Origin: Narcine bancroftii
Lineage: Eukaryota
Direction of reading: 5' to 3'
Assembly (NCBI RefSeq): GCF_036971445.1
Contig: NC_091482.1
Location: 10,850,001-10,914,000, forward strand
Length of the DNA stretch: 64,000 bases
In this document: positions 47,271 through 57,040 of the stretch, piece by piece
How positions within the stretch are numbered: the stretch's first letter is position 1
How the letters are laid out: every line of letters starts with the position of its first letter
Program-made: the position numbers and the translations under genes
The notes under the pieces: generated by a model
Seen by the model: the letters and a program-made list of their open reading frames with translations, nothing else
What the model was told of the DNA's origin: nothing
Database searches by the model: none

Positions 47271-50200
47271 TCAAGTCTTTCTGCGAAATCGCAAAGTAAG
47301 AGGTTTTTCTCCAGGAACACAAGTCCAGTCTGAGTTCGTATCAGGGTCCTGAGGCGCCTCTACAGGTCCCTTAAATCTGGATGCGTGCGTCCACCCCTTC
47401 TCTCTTGTTCGTGCTGCAGCCTCTGTAGTTAAGAGAACTTGGTATGGACCTTCCCACTGGGGCTGGAGTTTTTCAGTTTTCCAGGTCTTGATGAGAATCC
47501 AATCTCCTGGTTCCACTTTATGTAAAGAAAAGTCTAGAGGCGGTGTTTGTGCCAATAGTCCTCTCTTTCGTAAATCTGCAAGAGAGCGTGACAGTGCCTG
47601 TAAATAGTTCCTAACAAATATATCCCCTTCCCCCAAGGTGGGACACCCCTCAACTGTACTCCAGAAGGGAAGCCCAAACATCATTTCATAAGGGGACAGC
47701 CCTACATCTTTTCGTGGGGCAGTACGAATTCTTAATAAGGCTAGGGGCAGACACTTTATCCAAGGCATTTTAGTTTCCACCATTAACTTTGTCAATTGGA
47801 TTTTTAGTGTTCCATTCATACGCTCGACCTTCCCTGAGCTTTGTGGATGCCAAGGGGTATGTAATTTCCAAGAGACCTGTAATGCATCACAAATCAATTG
47901 CTGGATTTTTGAAGAAAAATGTGGACCCCTGTCTGAGTCTATAGAATCCATTATACCATATCTGGGGATTATCTGCTCTAGGAGGAGGCGAGCTACTGTA
48001 GAGGCTGTAGTATTTATTGTTGGGAAGGCTTCTACCCATCGGGTAAAGTGATCTATTATCACCAACAGATATTTCCATCTTTGAACTTGAGGTAACTCTG
48101 TGAAGTCGATCTGGATACGTTGAAAAGGGCGTATGGCTAATGGTTGACCTCCCATGGTCCCTGTCCTCATTATCTTCTTATTAATTTTTGTGCATAGGTA
48201 ACAATTTTGCACCTCTTGTTGGGCCAAGGTGTAGATTCCCTTACACACATATTCTCGAAGCACTGTGTCACATAAGGCTTGGGTGCCCCAGTGGCTCTGT
48301 TGATGCAGGTGTTTTAAAATATTGCGAGTTATTTCTTTATTTAGAACAATTCTTCCATCTGGTGTTTTCCATGTTCCATCAGGTAACTGGCTTGCGCCCA
48401 GCTGATCCATGTTCTTTTCTTCCTTAGCAGTGAAAATGGGAGCTGTCTTTATGCCTTGTCTTATTGGGATTAAGGTCAGCAAACGGACTTCTTGTTGCAT
48501 GGCTGCCCTTTTGGCTTCTTCATCAGCCAGTCTGTTTCCAATTGCTGTCGGGGTATCTCCCCTTTGATGGCTTGGTATGTAGACCACTGCTATTTCCTGG
48601 GGTAATGTCAAGGCTTTTAAAGTCAGAGTAATCATCTGTTCGTGTGCCAATTCCTTTCCTCTTGATGTAATTAGACCACACTCCTTCCAGATCTTACCAA
48701 AGGTATGCACTACCCCGTATGCGTATTTGGAATCAGTGTAAATCGTTCCAGTTTTCTTTGCCAGTATTCTGAGGGCTCTCTGCAAGGCATATAGTTCACA
48801 GGATTGTGCTGACCAGCTTCCGGGTAGTCTCGTGGATTCTACTACTTTCCAAGTATTTCCTTCTATTATAGCATACCCACTTCTTCTCATTCCGTTAACA
48901 CATCTGGCGGAGCCGTCAATGTAGAATTCATATCCTTCTCCCAGCGGAGTATCGCAAAGGTCTTCTCGGGTCTTGGTCTGAAGATCCGTCAACTCGACAC
49001 AGTTGTGCTCCACCTCTCTCTCTGTTTCACTGCCGTATAAAAACTGAGCTGGGTTGCAGCTATTAATCTTTGCAAACTGTAGCTCTTCTCCGACCATTAA
49101 AATGGTTTCATACTTTAATATGCGAGAATCAGTCAGCCATCGATGGGCAGTTTGTGTTAATAAAACACTCACAGAATGGGAGGTGTACACAGTCATCTTT
49201 CCTCCAAAAGTAAGTTTACGTGCTTCCTCTACCAACAGAGCAGCAGCTGCTACTCCCTGGATACACGTCGGCCATCCGCGAGACACTGGGTCCATCATTT
49301 TGGAAAGGAAAGCCACTGGGTGTCGCTGACCGCCTTTTTCCTGTGTTAAAACTCCCACAGCTGTTCCTTGGTTATGAGTGACAAATAGCTGGAAGGGCTG
49401 TTTTAAAGAAGGCAGAGTGAGTACTGGGGCTCGTGTCAGGCGATGCTTCAAGTCCTCAAACCATCCCTCCTCCTCCTGGGTCCATTTCAATGGATATTCA
49501 TTTTCATTTGTCAGCTTTTCATACATAAACTTCACCAAAGCTGAGTAGTCCTCTATCCATAACCTACAGTAACCTAAGAGTCCCAGGAATTGTCTTATTT
49601 CCTTCTTATTACGGGGTAACGGCATTCTAGTGATTCCCGCAATCCGTTCAGGGGTAATCCGTTTCTGTCCTTTACTTATCTGGTGTCCCAGATATACCAC
49701 AGTTCTCTCAACGAACTGTAACTTGTTCCTGGACACCCGTAGACCCTTTTTCCCCAGATAATTCAAGAGTCTAATTGTATCTCCCCTCATTTCTTGTTCC
49801 TTGGGTCCTGATAATAGTAAATCGTCCACATACTGCATTAGTTGGGAATCATCAGATTGTGGATAGTCCACCAGGATTTGTTCTAGCATTTGTCCAAACA
49901 GGTTCGGAGATTCAGTGAACCCTTGGGGCAATACAGTCCACCAAAGCTGTCTCCGTCTACCTGTCCATGGATTTTCCCATTCAAACGCAAACATATCTCT
50001 ACTTTCCTCTTCTAATGGACACGTCCAGAAGGCATCCTTCAAGTCGATAACACTAAACCACTCATGGTCTGGGGGAATCCAACTCATAATAGTATAGGGA
50101 TTAGGCACCACTGGGTGGCGGGTCTGAACAATAGCATTCAAACTTCTTAGATCCTGAACTAGGCGATAGGATCCATCTGACTTTTTCACTGGGAGTATAG

Positions 50201-50798
50201 GGGTGTTATAAGGTGACATACATTCTTCTAATAGTCCGTCTCGTATTAGAGTCTCAATTACCAGCTGTAGCCCTTTTCTCCCTTCCAAAGAAATAGGATA
50301 CTGACGTTTCCTTACCGGCTGATGACCTGGTATTAATGTGACATGTAAAGGTGGGATGTCCAGACCTCCTCGATTTCCCTCCTTATACCAGACTCTCTCG
50401 TCAATCTGCCGTTCATCCTCTTCCTTTAAAGCACAGAGGTGGACTCTCACTTCTCCGTCTACAGGGAGAGCACCCAAACCTAGGAGAGCCTGTAAGTCCC
50501 TTCCTAGGAGGTTAAATCCAGCCGACGGTAACAACAAGAGGTCTTGTACCCCTTCTCTTTCTTCCAGTTTCACTGTTACTTGGGGAATTATTGATACCAT
50601 TCTGGGAGCCCCTTCTATCCCAGAAATTGTCAAATTACTTTTTACAGGTTCAGTTCCGATTGGCACAGTTATTACACTACTTCGTTCCGCTCCTGTGTCC
50701 ACCATAAACACCACCTCTTCTCCCTTGGGACCAATTTTTAATTTTACCAGGGGTTCCCTCTTATACTTGGTCCCTAACATTTGGAACCCCTGACCCCC
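47271..50798 (-). CDS. pol: ERV pro-pol (PR, RT, RNase H, IN), open and in frame with the gag UAG
   Basis: VDTGA (PR), LPQG and YVDD (RT), YIDGS/TDSKYA (RNase H), HHCC, D-D-E and WEGPY (IN). Confidence 0.97.
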   Translation of the reverse strand, partial: GGQGFQMLGTKYKREPLVKLKIGPKGEEVVFMVDTGAERSSVITVPIGTEPVKSNLTISGIEGAPRMVSIIPQVTVKLEEREGVQDLLLLPSAGFNLLGRDLQALLGLGALPVDGEVRVHLCALKEEDERQIDERVWYKEGNRGGLDIPPLHVTLIPGHQPVRKRQYPISLEGRKGLQLVIETLIRDGLLEECMSPYNTPILPVKKSDGSYRLVQDLRSLNAIVQTRHPVVPNPYTIMSWIPPDHEWFSVIDLKDAFWTCPLEEESRDMFAFEWENPWTGRRRQLWWTVLPQGFTESPNLFGQMLEQILVDYPQSDDSQLMQYVDDLLLSGPKEQEMRGDTIRLLNYLGKKGLRVSRNKLQFVERTVVYLGHQISKGQKRITPERIAGITRMPLPRNKKEIRQFLGLLGYCRLWIEDYSALVKFMYEKLTNENEYPLKWTQEEEGWFEDLKHRLTRAPVLTLPSLKQPFQLFVTHNQGTAVGVLTQEKGGQRHPVAFLSKMMDPVSRGWPTCIQGVAAAALLVEEARKLTFGGKMTVYTSHSVSVLLTQTAHRWLTDSRILKYETILMVGEELQFAKINSCNPAQFLYGSETEREVEHNCVELTDLQTKTREDLCDTPLGEGYEFYIDGSARCVNGMRRSGYAIIEGNTWKVVESTRLPGSWSAQSCELYALQRALRILAKKTGTIYTDSKYAYGVVHTFGKIWKECGLITSRGKELAHEQMITLTLKALTLPQEIAVVYIPSHQRGDTPTAIGNRLADEEAKRAAMQQEVRLLTLIPIRQGIKTAPIFTAKEEKNMDQLGASQLPDGTWKTPDGRIVLNKEITRNILKHLHQQSHWGTQALCDTVLREYVCKGIYTLAQQEVQNCYLCTKINKKIMRTGTMGGQPLAIRPFQRIQIDFTELPQVQRWKYLLVIIDHFTRWVEAFPTINTTASTVARLLLEQIIPRYGIMDSIDSDRGPHFSSKIQQLICDALQVSWKLHTPWHPQSSGKVERMNGTLKIQLTKLMVETKMPWIKCLPLALLRIRTAPRKDVGLSPYEMMFGLPFWSTVEGCPTLGEGDIFVRNYLQALSRSLADLRKRGLLAQTPPLDFSLHKVEPGDWILIKTWKTEKLQPQWEGPYQVLLTTEAAARTREKGWTHASRFKGPVEAPQDPDTNSDWTCVPGEKPLTLRFRRKT

Positions 50799-50801
50799 CT
50801 A
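50727..50801 (-). promoter_or_regulatory. Predicted gag-pol stop-codon readthrough pseudoknot
   Basis: UAG GGGGGU, then stem 1 CAGGGGUUCC/GGAACCCCUG (10 bp) and stem 2 GGGACCAA/UUGGUCCC (8 bp), interleaved. Confidence 0.75.
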
Positions 50802-52288
50802 ATCTTCTTCCATAAGTTCGAGGGCACGCAATTCCCTCTTGTATCGGGGGCATTCCCTCTTAAAGTGTCCTTCCTCATTGCAGTAATAGCACTTAACGAA
50901 CCTCCGGGGTCTTCCCTCTCTTGGATATCTTGGATTGTTTAGAGGAAGGTTTTGTTTTCTTTCCCCTCTGGATTCGGCATTCATCTGTCGGATAGTCTGT
51001 ACCATAACCTTTGTCGCCCTCTTTTGATCTTCTTCTTCTCTCTGCACATATACTTTTTGCGCCTTTTTTAACAGGTCGCTTAGGGGTTTTTCACTCCAGT
51101 CCTCCTCCTTTTCTAGTTTCTTTCTAATGTCCTGCCATGATTTGGAAACAAATTCAATTCGAATAAGCTGTTCACCCATTGGTGTACTAGGGTCCACACC
51201 AGCATACTGTTGGACATTCTTTCTCACCCTCTCCAAAAAATCAGTAGGGGACTGTCTTTCCCCTGGTGGTTCCCAAATGCCTTGGTGAAATTGTGACCCT
51301 TTGGCACAGCCTCCCGTATCCCTTTAATTGTCCACTCTCTATATTGTCTCATACTTGCCAATCCCTCGGGTGTTCGTTTGTCCCACCTGGGTTCATTTAG
51401 GGGATATTTTTGTTCATGGGGTCTAGGGTCCCCAGGTTGTTCATATTCCCACATGAGGAGGGCAGCCCGTCGAATCATCTGCCTCTCCTGGGGTGAAAAT
51501 AATGTTCCCATTATTGCCTGCATCTCTTCCCACGTATATGTGTTTGGTCCCAAGAATTGGTCAAGCTGTTCAGCCAGTCCTATAGGATCTTCCAATAACT
51601 TTTTCATTTCTTTCTTAAATCCCCGCACCTCTGTACTAGTTAGGGGAACATTCACATATCCCGTTCCCCCTCCCGGTCCTCCCATAGGAACTTCTCTCAG
51701 GGGATTTAGGTTTATTGAAAACTTTGATGGTCCTGGACCAGTCTGGGATCTTGTCCAGGGTCGGTTTACCGGTGGAAGTTTAGGGTCCGACTCCCTTAAT
51801 TCATCCTTTTTATCCCGGCCCCCTTCGGGGCAATCAGATTCATCACCTTTCCCCTCCGGTAATAAGCTTTCCTCGGGCGCAGTAGGCACCGGGGGAATAT
51901 AAGGAGGGGGAAGGTTGTCCAGAGGTTCCCATTTCTTTTCTCCTGCCACTCTCAATTTAAAACATTCTGTTAAGGATCCTGGCCAGGGAACCCAACAAAA
52001 TGCATATGCTGACTCTTCTTGATTCACCTTTGGTCTCGAATTTACATATATGTTTAATGCTTGTCTAACCCAATCCTCATCAGATCCAAATTTCGGCCAC
52101 CAGACCGAGGAACCTTTAATAGGTTGTTTTGACCAAAGGAGACAATATTGGACCATCTTTTTCTTGTTTTTGTCCCGATATCTTTTACTATCCCAATTTT
52201 CAAACATTCTCCCCAAAGGGCTGTCAAGGGGTACTCCCAGGAATTGTCCTGAATTTTCAGACGAGCCCTTAGATTTTGATCCTCCCAT
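50799..52288 (-). CDS. gag: ERV gag with a 1-nt deletion in the major homology region (~51253)
   Basis: MGGSKSK (myristoylation), PLDSPLG..WPKFGS, late domains PPPY and PTAP, QGKD/(E)SPTDFLER across the frameshift, zinc knuckle CYYCNEEGHFKREC, TAG at 50801-50799. Confidence 0.93.
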
Positions 52289-52624
52289 TTTCCCACCTAG
52301 ATCTGTTTATCGTTGCTGAGGACCCTCTCGCTCTGGACCCTACTCCCTTCCTCTCAGACGCCTCGTCGGAGGTGCTGTCCCTCCTTCGGTTACCGCTGAG
52401 GTTTTCCTGGGGTTGACCCCTCTCTTCTCGGCACTTCGTCGGAGGTGCTGTCCCTCCTTCGGTTACCGCCGAGGTTTCCCTGGGGTCTATCCTAGAGTCC
52501 CGCGACAGGGTTCTCACACAACGACAAAAGATCTATACTTAATCTATTCCGTTAGGTTTTTATCCAAACAGGTGTATCCCGTTACACCTGTTACCCAATC
52601 CCCACACCACAATTGTAAGTCGTC

Positions 52625-52633
52625 ACTTACCGG
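52625..52633 (-). promoter_or_regulatory. Candidate ERV major splice donor
   Basis: CCG|GTAAGT in the leader between the PBS and gag. Confidence 0.6.
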
Positions 52634-52813
52634 TGTCTTCCCGGGGATTGAACCGTCACCCTTCTCCTCTCCGTCTTGTCGTGTCACCTTGTCCGGATAC
52701 CACTCGCTCAAGCCGCCCGAAGCGACGAGCAAGGGACTAGGAGCCGCTGAACTCAGCGGGGTGCACCGCTTCCGATGTCCCTCTTCTCGCCTCCCCTCAC
52801 GGCCGGAGTGTAG

Positions 52814-52831
52814 ATCCCGGACGAGCCCCCA
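52814..52831 (-). other. Primer-binding site, tRNA-Pro
   Basis: TGGGGGCTCGTCCGGGAT, 2 nt after the 5' LTR; the same 18-mer as the MLV tRNA-Pro PBS. Confidence 0.95.
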
Positions 52832-52833
52832 TT

Positions 52834-53309
52834 TGTCAGAAATAAAACTTCTCACACATGAGTCTCTTTAAAACTGATGACACGACAAGCTTTATTTACA
52901 AGTCTGCAGAGTTGGACTCAACTGGCTTCTCACCAGTTAAGCCCCGATACATACAGTGCATTGATTTTTATACCCTTATTGTTTGCCCTTCCCCTTCTTA
53001 TTAATACTGTTTTAATTGGTTAGTATTGCAAAAGCATTCTAAGTATAACTGCATTTTTAATTATCACGTTCGTTACGTACGCTGCGAACTCTACATACAC
53101 TAAATTCTGTTTCTCACCCTTCTTATCAATCTTTTGTCTCCTGCATGTCTCTCACTATGACCATGAAAAGATAGGTTTAAAAAAACATATTCAGCAGCTC
53201 CTTCTGTCCTTGACTGCTAGTAAACTCTCTGTCCATTCTGGCTTCCCTGTTTATGATTAATCATCACATTTTAACTTAAGTCTTTTTAACCTAAATTCTC
53301 TATATCACA
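52834..53309 (-). repeat. ERV 5' LTR (476 bp)
   Basis: - strand CCAAT (53019-53015), TATAAAAA (52972-52965) and AATAAA (52896-52891). Confidence 0.97.
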
Positions 53310-53460
53310 ATTGGGGGGAAGAAAAACCATAATTTTAAGAGCGGGTCTCAGAAATGGCCAAAGCGACAGCGTTTGAACGCATGTCTTACAAACAGTTCGA
53401 TAAATTGGACATCAATACACCAAAATGGGGCAAATATCTAGGTTTCCTCAGGGGGAAATA
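53310..53460 (+). mobile_element. Old L1/Tx1 ORF2 C-terminal relic, probably continuous with ~44885-44946 across the ERV
   Basis: Left of the ERV reads MQISIMVGNQIICRGWKNLG; right reads P*F*ERVSEMAKATAFERMSYKQFDKLD..KWGKYL. Confidence 0.5.
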
Positions 53461-53571
53461 GTGGTGGTGGATATGTTGATTTTTCTGTTCTTTGGATTCC
53501 TTTTCTCCCCCATTCCCTAAAGGAAAAGGGGATTAGGGGATTTTGCGTCAATAGTAATTTTGGTATTTGGT

Positions 53572-55111
53572 CATCTGTAAATTTATTAACTTAATTCATG
53601 CAGTAGAAGGAAATAAAGCTCCAACAGTAGCGGTTGCTTTGGACGCAGAGAAGGCCTTTGACAGAGTAGAATGGAATTATTTATTCAAAGTACTACAAAA
53701 ATTCAGCTTACCAGAGAAATATATTAAGTGGATTAAAGCATTATATAAGGGGCCATTGGCGAAAGTGACAGTAAATGGATATATATCAAAACAATTTAAC
53801 TTAAGCAGATCAACAAGGCAGGGATGCCCACTATCTCCCTTATTGTTCGTGTTACCCATAGAACCACTAGCAGAACTGATAAGAACAGAAAATAAAATAA
53901 AAGGGATAAAAATAAAAGACAAGGAATATAAAATCAGTCTATTTGCAGATGACGTTATAGTATACTTACATAGGAAATTGAAGGAATATGGAGAAGTGTC
54001 GGGGTACAAGATTAACGCAAATAAAAGTAAAGCAATGCCAATGAATAATGCGGATTTCTCAAAATTTAAGAAAGAATCACCATTCAGATGGCAAATGCAA
54101 GCAATGCGATACCTAGGTATACAAATAAATAAAAACCTCGGCCATCTATATAAACTTAATTATTATCCACTAATGAAAAAATTACAAGACGACTTAGAGC
54201 ATTGGAAAGACTTACCACTAACACTGATAGGAAGGATAAACTGTGTTAAAATTAACATTTTCCCAAGGATACAATACCTATTTCAGACATTACCAATATG
54301 CTTAACAGAGAAATTCTTCAAGGAGTTAAAGAAAATAATAAGGAAATTTTTATGGAAAGGGGGGAAACCGAGGATAGCACTAGATAAATTAACAGAATGG
54401 TACAAACAAGGAGGCTTACAACTACCAAACTTTAAAAATTATTATAGAGCCGCACAATTAAGATACCTATCAGATTTTTATCAAACAAGGGAAAAGCCAG
54501 ATTGGACTAGATTAGAACTAGATAAAATAGGGGAGAAGATACCTGAACATATATTATATAAATGGGATGAAAAATTGGTACAACATAGGAATTCTCCAGT
54601 ATTGCATCATTTGCTCAACATTTGGAAGAAGATTCATGTAGAAAGGAATAAAACAAATTACCAACTACCAAAACTAATACTGATGCAAAATCAGCTAATC
54701 CCTTTTACAATAGATAACCTTTCCTTTAGAGAATGGGAGAAAAAAGGAATCAAAAGAATAGAAAATTGTTTTTTGGGAAATAAATTATTATCCTTTGAAC
54801 AAATGAAGGATAAATATAATATAACTCACGATACAGTGTTGGCATACTACCAACTGAAATCCTACTTGAAGGACAAATTGGGAAGCAGTCTGAGGTTACC
54901 AGAGGGAAGTAATTTTGAATATGTGATTACAGACACAATGATAATCAAAAAATTTGTAACAAGCATGTATATTAAACTGCAAGAAAGGGAGAATGAGGAA
55001 ACAAATGGTAAAACTAAACAAAAATGGGAACAAGATCTAAACATAAAGATAAAGAATGAAACATGGGAGAAGTTATGAGAAATACAATAAACACGAGGTT
55101 ACGTATGATAC
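53572..55111 (+). mobile_element. L1/Tx1 ORF2 internal fragment (RT onward), truncated at both ends
   Basis: LDAEKAFDRVEW, TRQGCPLSPLLF, SLFADD, YLGI and GGLQLPN. About 500 open codons with a small in-frame deletion after FADDVIVYL. Confidence 0.9.
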
Positions 55112-57040
55112 GTATCTATAAGAAAATTATAAGTGGACAGTGTTGGTAATCATGAAAATGTTAGAGTGAAATGATAGTAGAGTAGAATGGCTGTGTAGAG
55201 AAAGGAAGATCTGCTGGGCAGCTTGTAAAATATAGCCATGCTCTGATGCTTCTCCTAATCCAAGCTCTTGGTGGAAGTTAATCATCTGAGTCATGGATAC
55301 ACCTAAATAATTTTTTGTCCCTTAGGAGATTCTAAGATCATGAAAGGCATTTTAATAAAACAGCCTTTTCATAGATCATGAATGTTGACAGAAGTTGACT
55401 CCAAGACAGAGACTTCAAGATTCACTTCAAGACTTTATTAACATAATATCCTGGAGAGACTGCAGAAGCCTAAAGCAACAACCACAGCAGTGTCTGATAA
55501 ATCTTTAAATGGGTTAATTCAATCAATCTTTTATCAGACTTAACAGTGTTTTAACAAGATTGGCTTAATTGGTCTTGTCAGGACCCAGGATCAATCAGTG
55601 GTTTAACAGCCTTTGGAGTTACTGTAGACATTGTCTCCCTAAAGACCATGTTTTGTTGGAAACTCTTTTGAAGCATCAGTCATTTTAAATTTGCTTGTAA
55701 AAGTATCCCATCTTGCATAAGGTAGGGTTAACCCTTTCGACCACAAATGTTGACAGAATTGGTAAACACAGAATCAGACCAGAAAAATCTGCAAAATTAT
55801 GAGAATAATTTGTTTGCCATGGAGGATAAAAGGGAAGAATTGCTCAATTAGGGATTGGCACGGACTGAGTGGGATGTTGTGCCATCGCAACCTCCATTTT
55901 AAATCTTGGATATTAACAGCATCAGTGTTTTAAAAGCATACCCGCTGCATGGTCTTTAGTAGTGGGATCCAAAGTAAATATTTTCTTCCCCTCTCTCTTG
56001 ATCTTCAAAAGCTATCATCCTATCAAGCCAAAAACATTTTATGCAGCAGATTTATGCCTTCCCTGGGTTAAGAGATCAATGTTGCACAGTGCAGCAACTT
56101 TACCACTTGTCATATTTTTTGTTAATTTGGAAAATACATATATTATTAAACTTTTAAAAAATATTTTAATTTTTCCAACTCATTTAGAATATTATTACAT
56201 AATATAAATAGTATTTTAAAATTACAGTCTCATATAATTGCCCAAATCTCACCCTTCCCCCAACTTCTAACGTAAAATCATATTGTTAAACTTCTGTGTG
56301 TGTGTCAATTATATCAACAAATACCAAAGTTAAGAAGTTAGAGATTTCATTGAAGATCACATTGATTGTGTCTTGTGGGATATCTTGCCATTTTACATCA
56401 CAATATTAATGTTGCTTTCAATGTTGCAGTCCATATATGATTGAAGAGTTCTTGATTAATTTGGCCAATTGGATCAACAATATCTACTTAAATAAGCTAT
56501 TGGAGGGTGGTTAACACCCATGAAATGGGATCTTGTGTTCTGAAAGAATATAGAAAGTGAATTGTATTTTCTGTTTATTAATTTGGAAACTGACCTTTGG
56601 AACAAATAGTCTAGTGTCGGCTGTGGCATTTGTTTCTGTAACAGCTGCTGTTTGTAATGTAGTGAAATATTTCAATGCTGTGATTCATCTGGTGTTATAC
56701 ATTCTTGAGCAATTGAAAAGGATTATGGAAATGCAAGTTGATCCATTTTTTTATGTGTTCTTTCATGACAGATGCAGAACGAAATAGGGTTCAGTCATTG
56801 GGATGTGCCTGATGTGCAAGTGCATTTTTCTCCTTCAGTGGGTCACTTTAAAACTGGCGCAAAGCTAATGGACTCTTCAAATGGACTTGTATAATTATAT
56901 GAATAATTGATTAGTCTGATGAAATGAGAGAGAAATTTAATGCTATTAATTGTTATATTTTGCTGAGAAAGTAAGATAATGCAGTTTAAACGAGATGGAA
57001 AGACCTATGCATATAGGTATATAACATATGTGTTCTTGTT

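Larger units (their letters stand above)
45002..53309 (-). mobile_element. Class I (gamma-like, HERV-I/IP-related) endogenous retrovirus, 8308 bp
   Basis: LTR-PBS-gag-(UAG)-pro/pol-env-PPT-LTR organisation on the - strand. Confidence 0.97.

Noticed and set aside
52289-52520. Possible glyco-Gag N-terminal extension of ERV gag
   Set aside because: An in-frame TAA lies seven codons upstream of the gag ATG.
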